Below, one piece after another: positions 1 to 10,100 of a stretch of DNA of 64,000 nucleotides. The notes under the pieces are model-generated. The model was given only the letters and a program-made list of their open reading frames with translations, had not been told where the DNA came from and searched no databases. The DNA is taken from positions 12,770 to 76,769 of the forward strand of contig ONET01000003.1 of the NCBI GenBank assembly GCA_900316905.1, written 5' to 3'. A program made the translations under genes and the position numbers. Each line of letters begins with the position of its first letter. The stretch's first letter is position 1. Source of the DNA: an uncultured Treponema sp. Lineage in GTDB: Bacteria; Spirochaetota; Spirochaetia; Treponematales; Treponemataceae.

Positions 1-259
1 CATTCGAACTGAACGAAAGCTTAAAAATACCTAGTTTGTTCAGTCTGATACGGTTTGAATTCTTCAGATAGAATGGCATCTTATCCAAGAAACTCTCGAT
101 AACTGCCACAATATCAGCCGGCGTCAGCGTGCAAGTCTTAGAAATATCCTTTGCCAAATCATTGACATCGATTTCTTCGCCATACACAGGCGACGCATAA
201 TACTTAGAATCCGCTTCTCGATCCAACGGATTCTGACGTTTTGTAGTAGTGTACATCAT
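1..259 (-). CDS. HU-related DNA-binding protein (Bacteroidales-type HU_rel family); 5' part only, runs off the window edge
   Basis: Manual translation from ATG 259 gives MMYTTTKRQNPLDREADSKYYASPVYGEEIDVNDLAKDISKTCTLTPADIVAVIESFLDKMPFYLKNSNRIRLNKLGIFKLSFSS. This fits the HU_rel pattern (NP...KYYA, LA..IS..ctlt.aDI.aVi, v.L..lG.F). GAGG RBS upstream. Not in the ORF track because it is truncated. Confidence 0.8.
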   Translation of the reverse strand, partial: MMYTTTKRQNPLDREADSKYYASPVYGEEIDVNDLAKDISKTCTLTPADIVAVIESFLDKMPFYLKNSNRIRLNKLGIFKLSFSSN

Positions 260-428
260 AGCTGTACCTCTTTTTGAATTGTGTTAGAAATGCTCTCTTA
301 TAAGCACCTCCGCATGCGATTTAATCGAGGCTTCAACGAAGTCCCATACCTTCGGCCGAAGAGTACAATTTGAATTTAATAAAATCCGAGGCAATCGGCA
401 AGTAAAAAATGAAAAAATTTTTGTTCTT

Positions 429-495
429 CCAAAATTCTCAGTAAATTTTAGAAAAATTCTCAAAGGATTTTAAAAAATATTTACTGAGTTTTTGG
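429..495. repeat. AT-rich inverted repeat with an internal 22-bp-period direct repeat
   Basis: CTCAGTAAAT (437-446) pairs with ATTTACTGAG (479-488). AAAATTCTCA occurs at 431 and 453. Confidence 0.55.
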
Positions 496-586
496 GCAAA
501 AGTCAGTGGGAATTTCCTCCCCATTCCGTGAGGATTTATTGAAAATTCAATAAAATCGTGGTAAAATCTGATTGTTAGAGGTCAAG

Positions 587-814
587 ATGACTGCCGTTCC
601 TGCAAAAGACAAAATAGAATTTATGGTTGCTCTTGTAAGCGATTTTGCAAAAAAGTATTCGCTTTCTACCACACAGGCATTCAACTACCTTGACCGCTTT
701 AATGCCATTGCACTTTTGTTGCAGCATTACAAAATTGCGCATACGCTTTCTTTTGCAGAAGTTATTGACGACATTGCATTCTATTGCAGAAATCACGGAG
801 GAGAGCTGCAATGA
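587..814 (+). CDS. DUF3791-family small protein
   Basis: IEFMVALVSDFAKKYSLSTTQAFNYLDRF...HYKIAHTLSFAEVIDDI...RNHGG fits the DUF3791 pattern. Its stop overlaps the hsdR start (ATGA 811-814). Start chosen at ATG 587. Confidence 0.75.
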   Translation: MTAVPAKDKIEFMVALVSDFAKKYSLSTTQAFNYLDRFNAIALLLQHYKIAHTLSFAEVIDDIAFYCRNHGGELQ

Positions 815-3303
815 GCGACATTTTTGAAAAGAAGGAAATGTCTGAAGAAGACATCAAACTGCAATATATTACTCCTGCGTTGACCGCAAAATGGGATGTC
901 AAAAAAATCACAATGGAAACTTCTCCCGTCAATAATTTTACGGACGGAAAAGTGCGCATAAAAGGCAACATACCAAGCCGCGACAAAGGAAAGCGCTGCG
1001 ACTACGTTCTTTGGCACAACAAGGGAACGCCGCTTGCAATCGTAGAGGCAAAGGACAACAACCATTCTTCTTCATTTGGAATGCAACAGGCAATTACTTA
1101 TGGCGTGATGATGAACGTTCCCTTTGTCTACACTTCTAACGGCGACAGTTTTTTTGAGCATGATTTTACGACAGGCCTTGAAAGAGAGTTTCCGCTGGCG
1201 GATTTTCCAACGGCGGAAGAGCTTATGGCAAGATGGAAAAAGGACGCTGTCGAGAAAAACTTTGAGGCGATAGACAAAAAGCGATATTACATAGACGGAA
1301 AATCAGAAGTATACGACGTTCCGCTTTATTTTGAAGAAAAGTTGATGGACACGCCCTTCTATTCCGGAGCTGACTGCTATCCGCCGCGCTACTACCAGCG
1401 CAACGCGGTAAACAGAACGCTGGAAGCGGTTTCAAAAAAACAGGACCGAATTCTTATCGCTATGGCCACTGGAACCGGCAAAACATATACCGCCTTCCAA
1501 ATAGTTTGGCGTTTGATTGAATCTGGAACTAAAAAGAAAGTTCTTTACCTTGCGGACAGAAATAATCTTGTGGACCAATCCATTCAGCAGGACTTTAAGC
1601 CGCTTGAAAAAGTGATTCATAAAATCAACTTTCAAAAAGAGGACAAGTCAAAAATCTCCGCTTATCAGGTTTACTTTGCCCTTTACCAACAGCTGGATTC
1701 CGCGAAGCATCACGGCGAAGAAGACGAAGAAACGGAAGAAGAAATCGAGCTTGAGATTTCAAAATACAAGGAATTCTTTACGCCGGACTTTTTTGACTTG
1801 ATTATTGTAGATGAGTGCCATCGCGGTTCCGCAAAGGCTGACTCACGCTGGCGAAAAATCCTTGACTACTTTAACGGCGCTACCCAAATCGGCATGACCG
1901 CCACTCCAAAAGAAACAAAGTACGTTTCGAATATCGATTACTTTGGAGAGCCAGTTTATTCATACAGTCTTAAACAAGGAATCGAAGACGGCTTCCTTGC
2001 GCCGTTCAAGGTGATTAATGTTCATACAAATATTGATGACGGCTGGCGACCAAAAAAAGGCCAAAGAGACATTGACGGTAACGAAATTGAAGACCGCGAA
2101 TACAATCTTTCTGACTACGATTACAGCATAATCATTCAAGACCGAATTGACGAAGTCGCGGCCGAGATAACAAAATACTTAAAGCAAACGGACAGAATGA
2201 GCAAAACGATTGTCTTCTGTCCTACGGAAGATGCAGCAGACAGAATGCGAGTTGCATTAAACAATTTGAATACAGACATGGTTTTGAAAGACAACCAGGG
2301 AAATGTAAAAGAGCAATATGTAGTCCGCATCACAGGAAGCGATAAATACGGTAAAGACAAACTCGATTACTTTATTTCTGTTGGTGAAAAGTACCCGGTA
2401 ATTGCAACAACTTCAAAACTGCTTTCTACCGGCAGTGACTGTAAAATGGTAAAGCTTATTGTCATTGATGAACTCATAAATTCAATGACTGAGTTTAAGC
2501 AGATTATTGGCCGCGGTACACGACTTAGATATAGTGAGGGTAAAACTCATTTTACTATTATGGACTTCCGAAGAGTAAGCCGTTTGTTTGCCGACCCTGA
2601 ATGGGATGGAGAGATTGAGCAGAGCGATGATTACGATCCAAAAGCTAAGCCAAAAACGCCGCCGCAACCAACAGGCACGGACGACCCCAGCGGCGGTGAC
2701 GGTCCTGATAGTACCGACCATCCAGGCTCAAATCCAAAACCGATTGTCGGTCGGGGCGGCGTAAGAGTGGATGTCCTTCAGCGCCTTGTTTCGATCTACG
2801 ACACAGACGGAAAGCTTTTAAAGCAAGAATCAATCGAAGATTACACAAAAGAGAGCATTCTTGGAACATACCAAACGCTTGAAAATTTCATTCGGACTTG
2901 GAACGGTGAGCAGAAAAAAGAAATCATTCGCAACATGCTCAAAGAAAAAGGCATCGACCTTGAGTTGATTAAAAAAGACCAGAACATGACCGACGTGGAT
3001 GACTTTGACTTTATCTGTCATATTGCTTTTAACCAAAAGCCGCTTACAAGACGTGAGCGGGCGGACAATGTAAAGAAGCGCGATGTGTTTAGCAAATACG
3101 GCAAGGACGCCCGCGATGTCATTGACGCGCTTCTTGACAAGTACGCGGAGCTTGGCATTTACGACATTGAGTCAACAGAGATTCTAAAGCAAAATCCATT
3201 CACAAAATACGGAAAGCCTGCCCGCATTGCCGCTTTGTTTGGCGGAAACGACAAATACCGCCAGGCGATAAGAGAGCTGGAAGCGGAACTTTACGCGGCG
3301 TAA
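811..3303 (+). CDS. hsdR: Type I restriction endonuclease subunit R (EcoAI/EcoEI-like)
   Basis: Nuclease motif DY...IVEAK; helicase motifs MATGTGKT, DECHR, GMTATP, QIIGRGTR; EcoEI-type C-terminus (PLTRRERA). Start ATG 811 after GGAG. Confidence 0.95.
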   Translation: MSDIFEKKEMSEEDIKLQYITPALTAKWDVKKITMETSPVNNFTDGKVRIKGNIPSRDKGKRCDYVLWHNKGTPLAIVEAKDNNHSSSFGMQQAITYGVMMNVPFVYTSNGDSFFEHDFTTGLEREFPLADFPTAEELMARWKKDAVEKNFEAIDKKRYYIDGKSEVYDVPLYFEEKLMDTPFYSGADCYPPRYYQRNAVNRTLEAVSKKQDRILIAMATGTGKTYTAFQIVWRLIESGTKKKVLYLADRNNLVDQSIQQDFKPLEKVIHKINFQKEDKSKISAYQVYFALYQQLDSAKHHGEEDEETEEEIELEISKYKEFFTPDFFDLIIVDECHRGSAKADSRWRKILDYFNGATQIGMTATPKETKYVSNIDYFGEPVYSYSLKQGIEDGFLAPFKVINVHTNIDDGWRPKKGQRDIDGNEIEDREYNLSDYDYSIIIQDRIDEVAAEITKYLKQTDRMSKTIVFCPTEDAADRMRVALNNLNTDMVLKDNQGNVKEQYVVRITGSDKYGKDKLDYFISVGEKYPVIATTSKLLSTGSDCKMVKLIVIDELINSMTEFKQIIGRGTRLRYSEGKTHFTIMDFRRVSRLFADPEWDGEIEQSDDYDPKAKPKTPPQPTGTDDPSGGDGPDSTDHPGSNPKPIVGRGGVRVDVLQRLVSIYDTDGKLLKQESIEDYTKESILGTYQTLENFIRTWNGEQKKEIIRNMLKEKGIDLELIKKDQNMTDVDDFDFICHIAFNQKPLTRRERADNVKKRDVFSKYGKDARDVIDALLDKYAELGIYDIESTEILKQNPFTKYGKPARIAALFGGNDKYRQAIRELEAELYAA

Positions 3304-3327
3304 AAAGTTAATAAGGTGGAATAATAT

Positions 3328-4830
3328 ATGAGCAACTTGAGCAGTTTTGTAAAACGTGTTCGTGATGTAATGCGTAACGATGCCGGAATTAACGGCGACG
3401 CGCAGAGAATTGAGCAACTGGCGTGGATGCTGTTCCTAAAAGTGTATGACGCAAAAGAAGAAGACTGGGAATTTGAAGACGAAAAATACGAGTCAATAAT
3501 CCCAGAAGAACTCCGCTGGCGCAACTGGGCTCACGCAGAAAACCAAGGCGACGGGCTTACCGGCGACAAACTCTTAAACTTTGTGAACAACAAGCTTTTT
3601 CCGACGCTCAAAAATCTTGAAATCTCTCCCGACACGCCAATCCGTCAAAGCATTGTGCGAACGACTTTTGAAGACGCAAACAACTACATGAAGGACGGCG
3701 TGCTTTTGCGCCAGATTGCCAACATTATTGACGAGCTTGATTTTGGAAGCTACGAAGAAACACATGCCTTTGGCGAAATCTACGAAACAATTCTTAAGGA
3801 ACTGCAAAGCGCGGGAAGCGCTGGTGAGTTCTATACACCTCGCGCTGTAACTCAATTTATGGCAAAAATGATTAGGCCACAGATTGGCGAGACAATGGCG
3901 GACTTTGCCTGCGGAACCGGCGGCTTTCTTTCAAGCTGGATAAAAGAGCTTGAAGAAGTGAAAAACGCGAAGGGCAGTGTCACAAACAAAGAGTCGGAAA
4001 AAATCTACAACTCGATTTACGCCGTGGAAAAAAAGCAGTTCCCTTACATGCTTTGCGTTACAAACATGCTTTTGCACGGCTTGGACAGTCCGCGCGTATA
4101 TCATGGGAACTCGCTCATTTACAAACTTTTGGACTACACCCAAAAAGACGCTTTTAACGTAATTCTAATGAACCCGCCTTATGGCGGAAGCGAAAAGGAC
4201 GACATAAAGCAAAACTTTCCCGCGGACTTACGTTCTAGCGAAACAGCCGATTTGTTTATGGCCGTCATTATGTACCGCTTGAAGAAAAATGGCCGCGCCG
4301 CCGTAATCGTTCCTGACGGATTTTTGTTTGGAAACGACAACGCAAAGAACAACCTTAAGAAAAAACTTCTTACGGATTTTAACCTTCATACAATTGTTCG
4401 CTTGCCTGGAAGCGTATTCAGCCCATACACAAGCATTACGACAAACATTCTTTTCTTTAACAACGAAGAGCCGACTGGAAAGACTTGGTTCTACCGTGTA
4501 GATATTCCAAGCGACAGAAAGCACTTTAGCAAAACAAAGCCGATGGAATTAAAGCATTTTGACGACTGCATCGCATGGTGGAACAAGCGCAAAGAAATCA
4601 CGGACAGCGACGGCAATCCAAAAGCAAAATGTTACGCCGCGCAGGAACTTATTGATTCAAATTACAACTTTGATGTCTGCGGTTATCCTCACGAAGAAGA
4701 AGAAATCTTAAGCGTTGCAGAAACAATCCAGAACTACGAAGAAAAGCGGACAAAGCTTAACGCCGACATAGACAATCTTTTGGCGCGGATTACAGAGCTC
4801 CATCAAAAAGCGCAAAAAGGGGAACTGTAA
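3328..4830 (+). CDS. hsdM: Type I R-M N6-adenine methyltransferase subunit M
   Basis: GEFYTPR, motif I DFACGTGGF, motif IV NPPY. Confidence 0.96.
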   Translation: MSNLSSFVKRVRDVMRNDAGINGDAQRIEQLAWMLFLKVYDAKEEDWEFEDEKYESIIPEELRWRNWAHAENQGDGLTGDKLLNFVNNKLFPTLKNLEISPDTPIRQSIVRTTFEDANNYMKDGVLLRQIANIIDELDFGSYEETHAFGEIYETILKELQSAGSAGEFYTPRAVTQFMAKMIRPQIGETMADFACGTGGFLSSWIKELEEVKNAKGSVTNKESEKIYNSIYAVEKKQFPYMLCVTNMLLHGLDSPRVYHGNSLIYKLLDYTQKDAFNVILMNPPYGGSEKDDIKQNFPADLRSSETADLFMAVIMYRLKKNGRAAVIVPDGFLFGNDNAKNNLKKKLLTDFNLHTIVRLPGSVFSPYTSITTNILFFNNEEPTGKTWFYRVDIPSDRKHFSKTKPMELKHFDDCIAWWNKRKEITDSDGNPKAKCYAAQELIDSNYNFDVCGYPHEEEEILSVAETIQNYEEKRTKLNADIDNLLARITELHQKAQKGEL

Positions 4831-4873
4831 ATTTATTGGAAATAATGATATAATATTTTAAGGAGGATTTGTT

Positions 4874-5068
4874 ATGGATCAGAATGAATTGGATTCAACC
4901 TGCGGCGTTTCGGATGACGATCTTACCAAACGCTTTATTGAAGCCGTGCGAATCGAAAATGAAATAAAGAAAGCAAAGGGAACTCCTATTTCCTGTTACG
5001 ACTCAGCAACAAACTCCGCTTATTTGCTTTATTCAGATGGAACAAAAAAATATGTGCGAGCAAATTAA
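4874..5068 (+). CDS. Small protein, probable partner/antitoxin of the downstream zeta-like ATPase
   Basis: 64 aa with a strong AGGAGG RBS and TGnTATAAT upstream; overlaps the ATPase start. Confidence 0.65.
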   Translation: MDQNELDSTCGVSDDDLTKRFIEAVRIENEIKKAKGTPISCYDSATNSAYLLYSDGTKKYVRAN

Positions 5069-5621
5069 AAAGCCAGAAATTATTGTTTTTGCAGGGCCAA
5101 ACGGAAGCGGAAAGACTACCGTTACAAAACTTGCAAAAGTAATTGAGCCTTATATAAACGCGGATGAAATAAAGCGGACGAACTACTGTTCTGATTTGGA
5201 AGCGGCGCAGCTGGCCGAAAAAATGCGGGAAGAATGTGTGGCTCAGAATAAAAATTTTACTTTTGAAACAGTGCTTTCCACAGACCGCAATCTAAAGCTT
5301 TTGCAAAAGGCGAAAGAAAAGGGCTATTTTATCCGCTGCATTTATGTTCTTACCCGTAACCCTGATATAAATGTTTCGCGCGTGGAATCCCGCGCGGCAA
5401 ACGGTGGACATTCCGTTCCCGAAGATAAAGTCCGCTCTCGTTACGAAAAAGCTCTTGCCCTTATTCCCGAGCTTGTGAAAGTTTGCGATGTCCTTCATAT
5501 TTATGACAATTCCACATTGCCGTTCAGAATATTCAAAAAACGCAAAACAGAATATTTTTATTGGCAGAACGAGGACTGGAGCAAAGAACAAATTCAGCAG
5601 CTTACTGGAATTGAACTATGA
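5052..5621 (+). CDS. Zeta-toxin-like / AAA_33 P-loop ATPase-kinase
   Basis: FAGPNGSGKTT, YINADEI, FETVLS, RV..R...GGHSVPEDKVRSRY, YDNS: the COG4185-type signature. Confidence 0.85.
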   Translation: MCEQIKKPEIIVFAGPNGSGKTTVTKLAKVIEPYINADEIKRTNYCSDLEAAQLAEKMREECVAQNKNFTFETVLSTDRNLKLLQKAKEKGYFIRCIYVLTRNPDINVSRVESRAANGGHSVPEDKVRSRYEKALALIPELVKVCDVLHIYDNSTLPFRIFKKRKTEYFYWQNEDWSKEQIQQLTGIEL

Positions 5622-7147
5622 CCGCTAAAGACTTAAAAAACGCGCTTTTACAAGAAGCCGTGCAAGGCAAGTTAGTTCCTCAGATTGCAAGCGAAGGCAA
5701 TGCAAAAGATTTGCTGGAAGAGATACGGAAAGAAAAAGCAAAACTTGTAAAAGAAGGAAAAATCAAAAAAAACACGACTAAAGCAAGTGCGTCTGGTCGT
5801 GCTCTACCTGAAATTACAGAAGAAGATATTCCGTTTGATATACCTGAGAATTGGTGCTGGTGTAGATTGGGAGAACTTGCTGAAATAATTACTAAAGGTT
5901 CATCACCTTCATGGCAAGGAATCAATTATGTTGATAAAGGCATTTTATTTGTTACAAGTGAAAATGTAGGAGATGAAGAATTATTATTATCAAAGAGAAA
6001 ATTTCTAGAACAAAAATTTAATGAAATTCAACCAAGATCAATATTACAAAAAGGAGACATACTTACAAACATCGTTGGAGCTTCTATCGGACGAACCGCA
6101 ATTTTTGATCTAGATATTAAAAATGCTAATATCAATCAGGCAGTTGCTTTAATTCGATTAAAAAATAAACAGTTAAACTCGTATATTGTAAAAGTTCTAA
6201 ATAGTAAAACCATAATAGACCAAATGAGTGATAATACGGTTAATACAGCTCGTGCTAATATAAGTTTAACTACAGTTGAAAACTTCAAAATTCCTCTCCC
6301 ACCACTAGCCGAACAAAAACGCATAGTTGCCGCAATCGAAAAGTTTATGCCGCTCATAGAAGAATACGGCAAAAAAGAAACAGAACTCAAAGCCCTTAAT
6401 GAACAAATCGGCGCGCTCACAAAAAAAGCAATCCTGCAGGAAGCCGTTCAGGGAAAACTTGTTCCACAGATTGCAGCCGAAGGGAACGCAAAAGATTTAC
6501 TGGAAGAAATAAAGAAAGAAAAAGCAAAACTTATAAAAGAAGGAAAAATCAAAAAAGAAAAGCCTTTACCAGAAATTACAGAAGACGAGATTCCGTTTGA
6601 TATTCCAGAAAACTGGTGCTGGTGTAGATTAGGAGAATTGGCAACACTTGTAACCAAAGGAACAACTCCACGAGGTGGAAATGTTGCGTATTCAAATGAA
6701 GGGATAGGTTTTTTACGTGCTGAAAATGTAGCAGGTATCAAAGATCTTGATTTATCAAATTTAAAGTATATTGATGAAGATACTCATAAAAACTTTTTAA
6801 AACGTTCAATAATTAATGAAAATGATTTATTGATAACAATTGCTGGTACTCTTGGAAGAACTGCAATTGTAAAAAAAGAAAACTTACCTTTAAATGCAAA
6901 TCAGGCTATATCAATTGTAAGATTAGTTAATTATGATTTAATCGATTTAATTTATCTGGTTTTTAGTATTAACTCACCTGAATTACAAAAAAAATTAATT
7001 GGTCAAACAAAAGTTACCGCTATTCCTAATCTTACATTAGAGATAATTGAGAACTGCATAATACCACTTCCGCCACTTGCAGAGCAAAAACGTATTGTCA
7101 CTGCAATCGAAAAAATGCTGTCATTATGCGAAAAACTTGGAGAGTAA
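5618..7147 (+). CDS. hsdS: Type I R-M specificity subunit S with two TRDs
   Basis: Duplicated conserved blocks (LQEAVQGKLVPQ...IPFDIPENWCWCRLGELA and IPLPPLAEQKRIV) flank two variable AT-rich TRDs. Confidence 0.95.
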   Translation: MTAKDLKNALLQEAVQGKLVPQIASEGNAKDLLEEIRKEKAKLVKEGKIKKNTTKASASGRALPEITEEDIPFDIPENWCWCRLGELAEIITKGSSPSWQGINYVDKGILFVTSENVGDEELLLSKRKFLEQKFNEIQPRSILQKGDILTNIVGASIGRTAIFDLDIKNANINQAVALIRLKNKQLNSYIVKVLNSKTIIDQMSDNTVNTARANISLTTVENFKIPLPPLAEQKRIVAAIEKFMPLIEEYGKKETELKALNEQIGALTKKAILQEAVQGKLVPQIAAEGNAKDLLEEIKKEKAKLIKEGKIKKEKPLPEITEDEIPFDIPENWCWCRLGELATLVTKGTTPRGGNVAYSNEGIGFLRAENVAGIKDLDLSNLKYIDEDTHKNFLKRSIINENDLLITIAGTLGRTAIVKKENLPLNANQAISIVRLVNYDLIDLIYLVFSINSPELQKKLIGQTKVTAIPNLTLEIIENCIIPLPPLAEQKRIVTAIEKMLSLCEKLGE

Positions 7148-7150
7148 ATT

Positions 7151-10100
7151 ATGGAATTATTTAGTAATGAACCAATATGTTTTGTCGTGATGGGATATGG
7201 AAGAAAATTTGACTATAGACATAAACGATATATTAATCTGGATGAAACATATAAAAGAATAATTGAACCTGCTGTAAAACGTGCTGGCTTTAAATGTATC
7301 CGTTGTGATTCAGATAAACATTCAGGCATTATAGATCTGAAAATGTATCAATATTTAAAGAACTCTGAATTTGTGATTGCCGATATTTCTACATTAAATC
7401 CAAATGCATTATATGAATTAGGAATACGTCATGGAATAAAACCTTATTCTACAATTCTAATGATGGAGAATAAAGGAAAAAAAGATTTACCTTTTGATCT
7501 TAGTCATGTATCAACATTTCCTTATGAACATAATGGAGAAACGATTGATGATGAAGAAGTGGATAATAAAACTGAAGAATTATATCAATTAATCATTGAA
7601 GTTCGTGAGAAACAGGAAATCGATAGTCCATACTTTACATTTATGGGTATTGAACCATGTGATAGTATAAAACAAATTTCTACTTCCTTGCACACTTTAA
7701 GCTTTGTTACTAATACAACTAATGAAAAATATGTAGTCTTATCTTTATTAGGAAGATGGAATGATAAAAATGAAAATGATAAAAAATTACTTGAAAAAAT
7801 AATTGGTAATAATTCTTTTAATTCTCTCGAATTAATTTCATATGCAAAAGAACAATCATCCTTTTTACATTTAGATGGAATTCATTGGAAATTTAACCAT
7901 AAAAAAGAAATAATAGATTTATTCAATAAATACAAAACCCCAAGTTTATTTGAAGATTTTAAGGAAGTCGCTATTGAGGTTTTATCAGAACTTGATCCGA
8001 AATACGAACTTGAAAAAGATAAGAGATTCATGGCTGCTATTACTGGATATAGTTGTAAGTATTCAAAAGATTTACGTTTTGGAATTTCAGAGACTTTAGT
8101 TTGGTTATCCATTAATAATGAATCACTTCTTGGTGAACAAAATAAATATCTTGTTTCAAATATTGTTTTTGAAATATTAAATACTCCTGATTGGCATTTG
8201 TGGGCAAGTCTAAACGAATTATTGCCAACACTTGCAGAAGCTTCTCCAGAGTCATTTTTGAAAGCTTTACAAGAGCAAATATCAAAACATTCAGAAGTTA
8301 TTGTTGAATTATTTAACCAAGAAGGTGATGGAATAATAAGTGGAAGTTTGATGACAGGTATCTTATGGAGTCTTGAAACAATTGCATGGTTTCCAAATAA
8401 CTTTCAGATGGTTGCAATTATTCTTGCAGAATTGGCTAGACTTGATATAGGTGGAACTTATACAAATCGACCAATCAATTCATTAAAGACTATGTTATTG
8501 CCTTGGATAAATACTACTACAGCATCGACAGAGGATAAAATGAAGGCTGTTCAGTATTTATTTGAAAATTATTCAGATATTGCCTGGAAAATTATTTTTT
8601 CATTATTACCATCAATGAATTCTACATCCTTTGGTTGTAGTGAACCAAAATATCGAAAATCATTATTGGAAAATTTTAAAAGGGATGTTTCAAGGTCTGA
8701 TTATGTGACGCAAATAACAGAATACTCAAATTATGCTATAGAATTAATGAAAAAAGATTTTAATCGTATATTTGTTGTTCTAGAAAATTTAAATGCTATT
8801 AATCCAGAATCTTATAGTTCTCTTTTTAAATATTTGGAAAACTATGATTTTGAAAGAATTACAGATGAAGATAAATTTACATTATGGGAAAAGTTGAACG
8901 ATTTAATAAAAAAGCATAAAAGATTTGCAAACTCTAAGTGGGCTTATAAAGAAGATATTATCGGAAATATCGAAAAGTTTGCAAAAAAAATACAACCAAC
9001 AGATAAAAGACTTTTATATCGTGCTTTGTTTACTTTACCGGATTACGAGTTATCTGATGAAGTATATGATGAACATAAAACTACAAATTGGGAAGCAGTT
9101 AGAAAAAATGCAACTGAAAAGCGTGAAACTGCATTTAATGAAATATTAAATGAATATGGATTAGAAACTCTTCCAGAATTTATTGTAAATGAGAGAATGG
9201 CTATTTCTGTAGCTACAATTTTAGGAAATAAAAAAAATGAAGAAATAGATTCATTTCTTATTCCGAAATACTTAAATTCAGAAAATGAATATATGAATTT
9301 ATTATGTTCGTCATATATAAGAGGTTCAAGTTATATTAGAGAAAAAGATTGGTTTTCTCATTTAAAAATTAATTCTTATGAGAATATATTAAAAACACAA
9401 TTCTTAATAAACTTGAAATTTGAATCAACAACCTGGGATCTAGCAAGAGAAATACTAGGTGAAGATTATGGTTTATATTGGGAAAATGTTAATCAAAATG
9501 TACTTGCATGTGAATCTGATTTAACAACAGCTATTAAGGAATTTAACAAAGTTAGCAGATTTGATGAAGCAACAGAATGTATACATAGTTCTATTTTCAA
9601 CAAACACTATATTGAACCAGAATTAATTATAGAAACTCTTTCTAATGTTTTACGTAATTCTCCAAGTGAAAAAACGGAAACATATAAATTAATAGAAATA
9701 ATTAAATATCTAGAAAACTCAACAACTGATAAAGAATCTCTCTGGAAAATTGAATGGGGATTTTATGGTCTTTTTATCTTTGATAATAAAAATGTACCAA
9801 ATACATTATATCAAAAGTTAGCAACTGCTCCTGAGTTATATGTAACATTTTTGAAACTTGGTTTTAAGGAAGATAATGACAAAAGAAAAAAAGAACTTTC
9901 CGAAAAAGAACAGGCATTAGCACAGTGCTCATGGAACCTATTAAATAATTTCCATTTATTACCAGGACTTGATACAAATGGATTGTTGGATTCTTCTGTA
10001 TTAATAGACTGGATTAATGAAGTATTAAAACTTGCACAAGAAGTAAACAGAATAGCATCTGCAAAATTATTTATTGGACACTTATTATATCATTCTCCTG

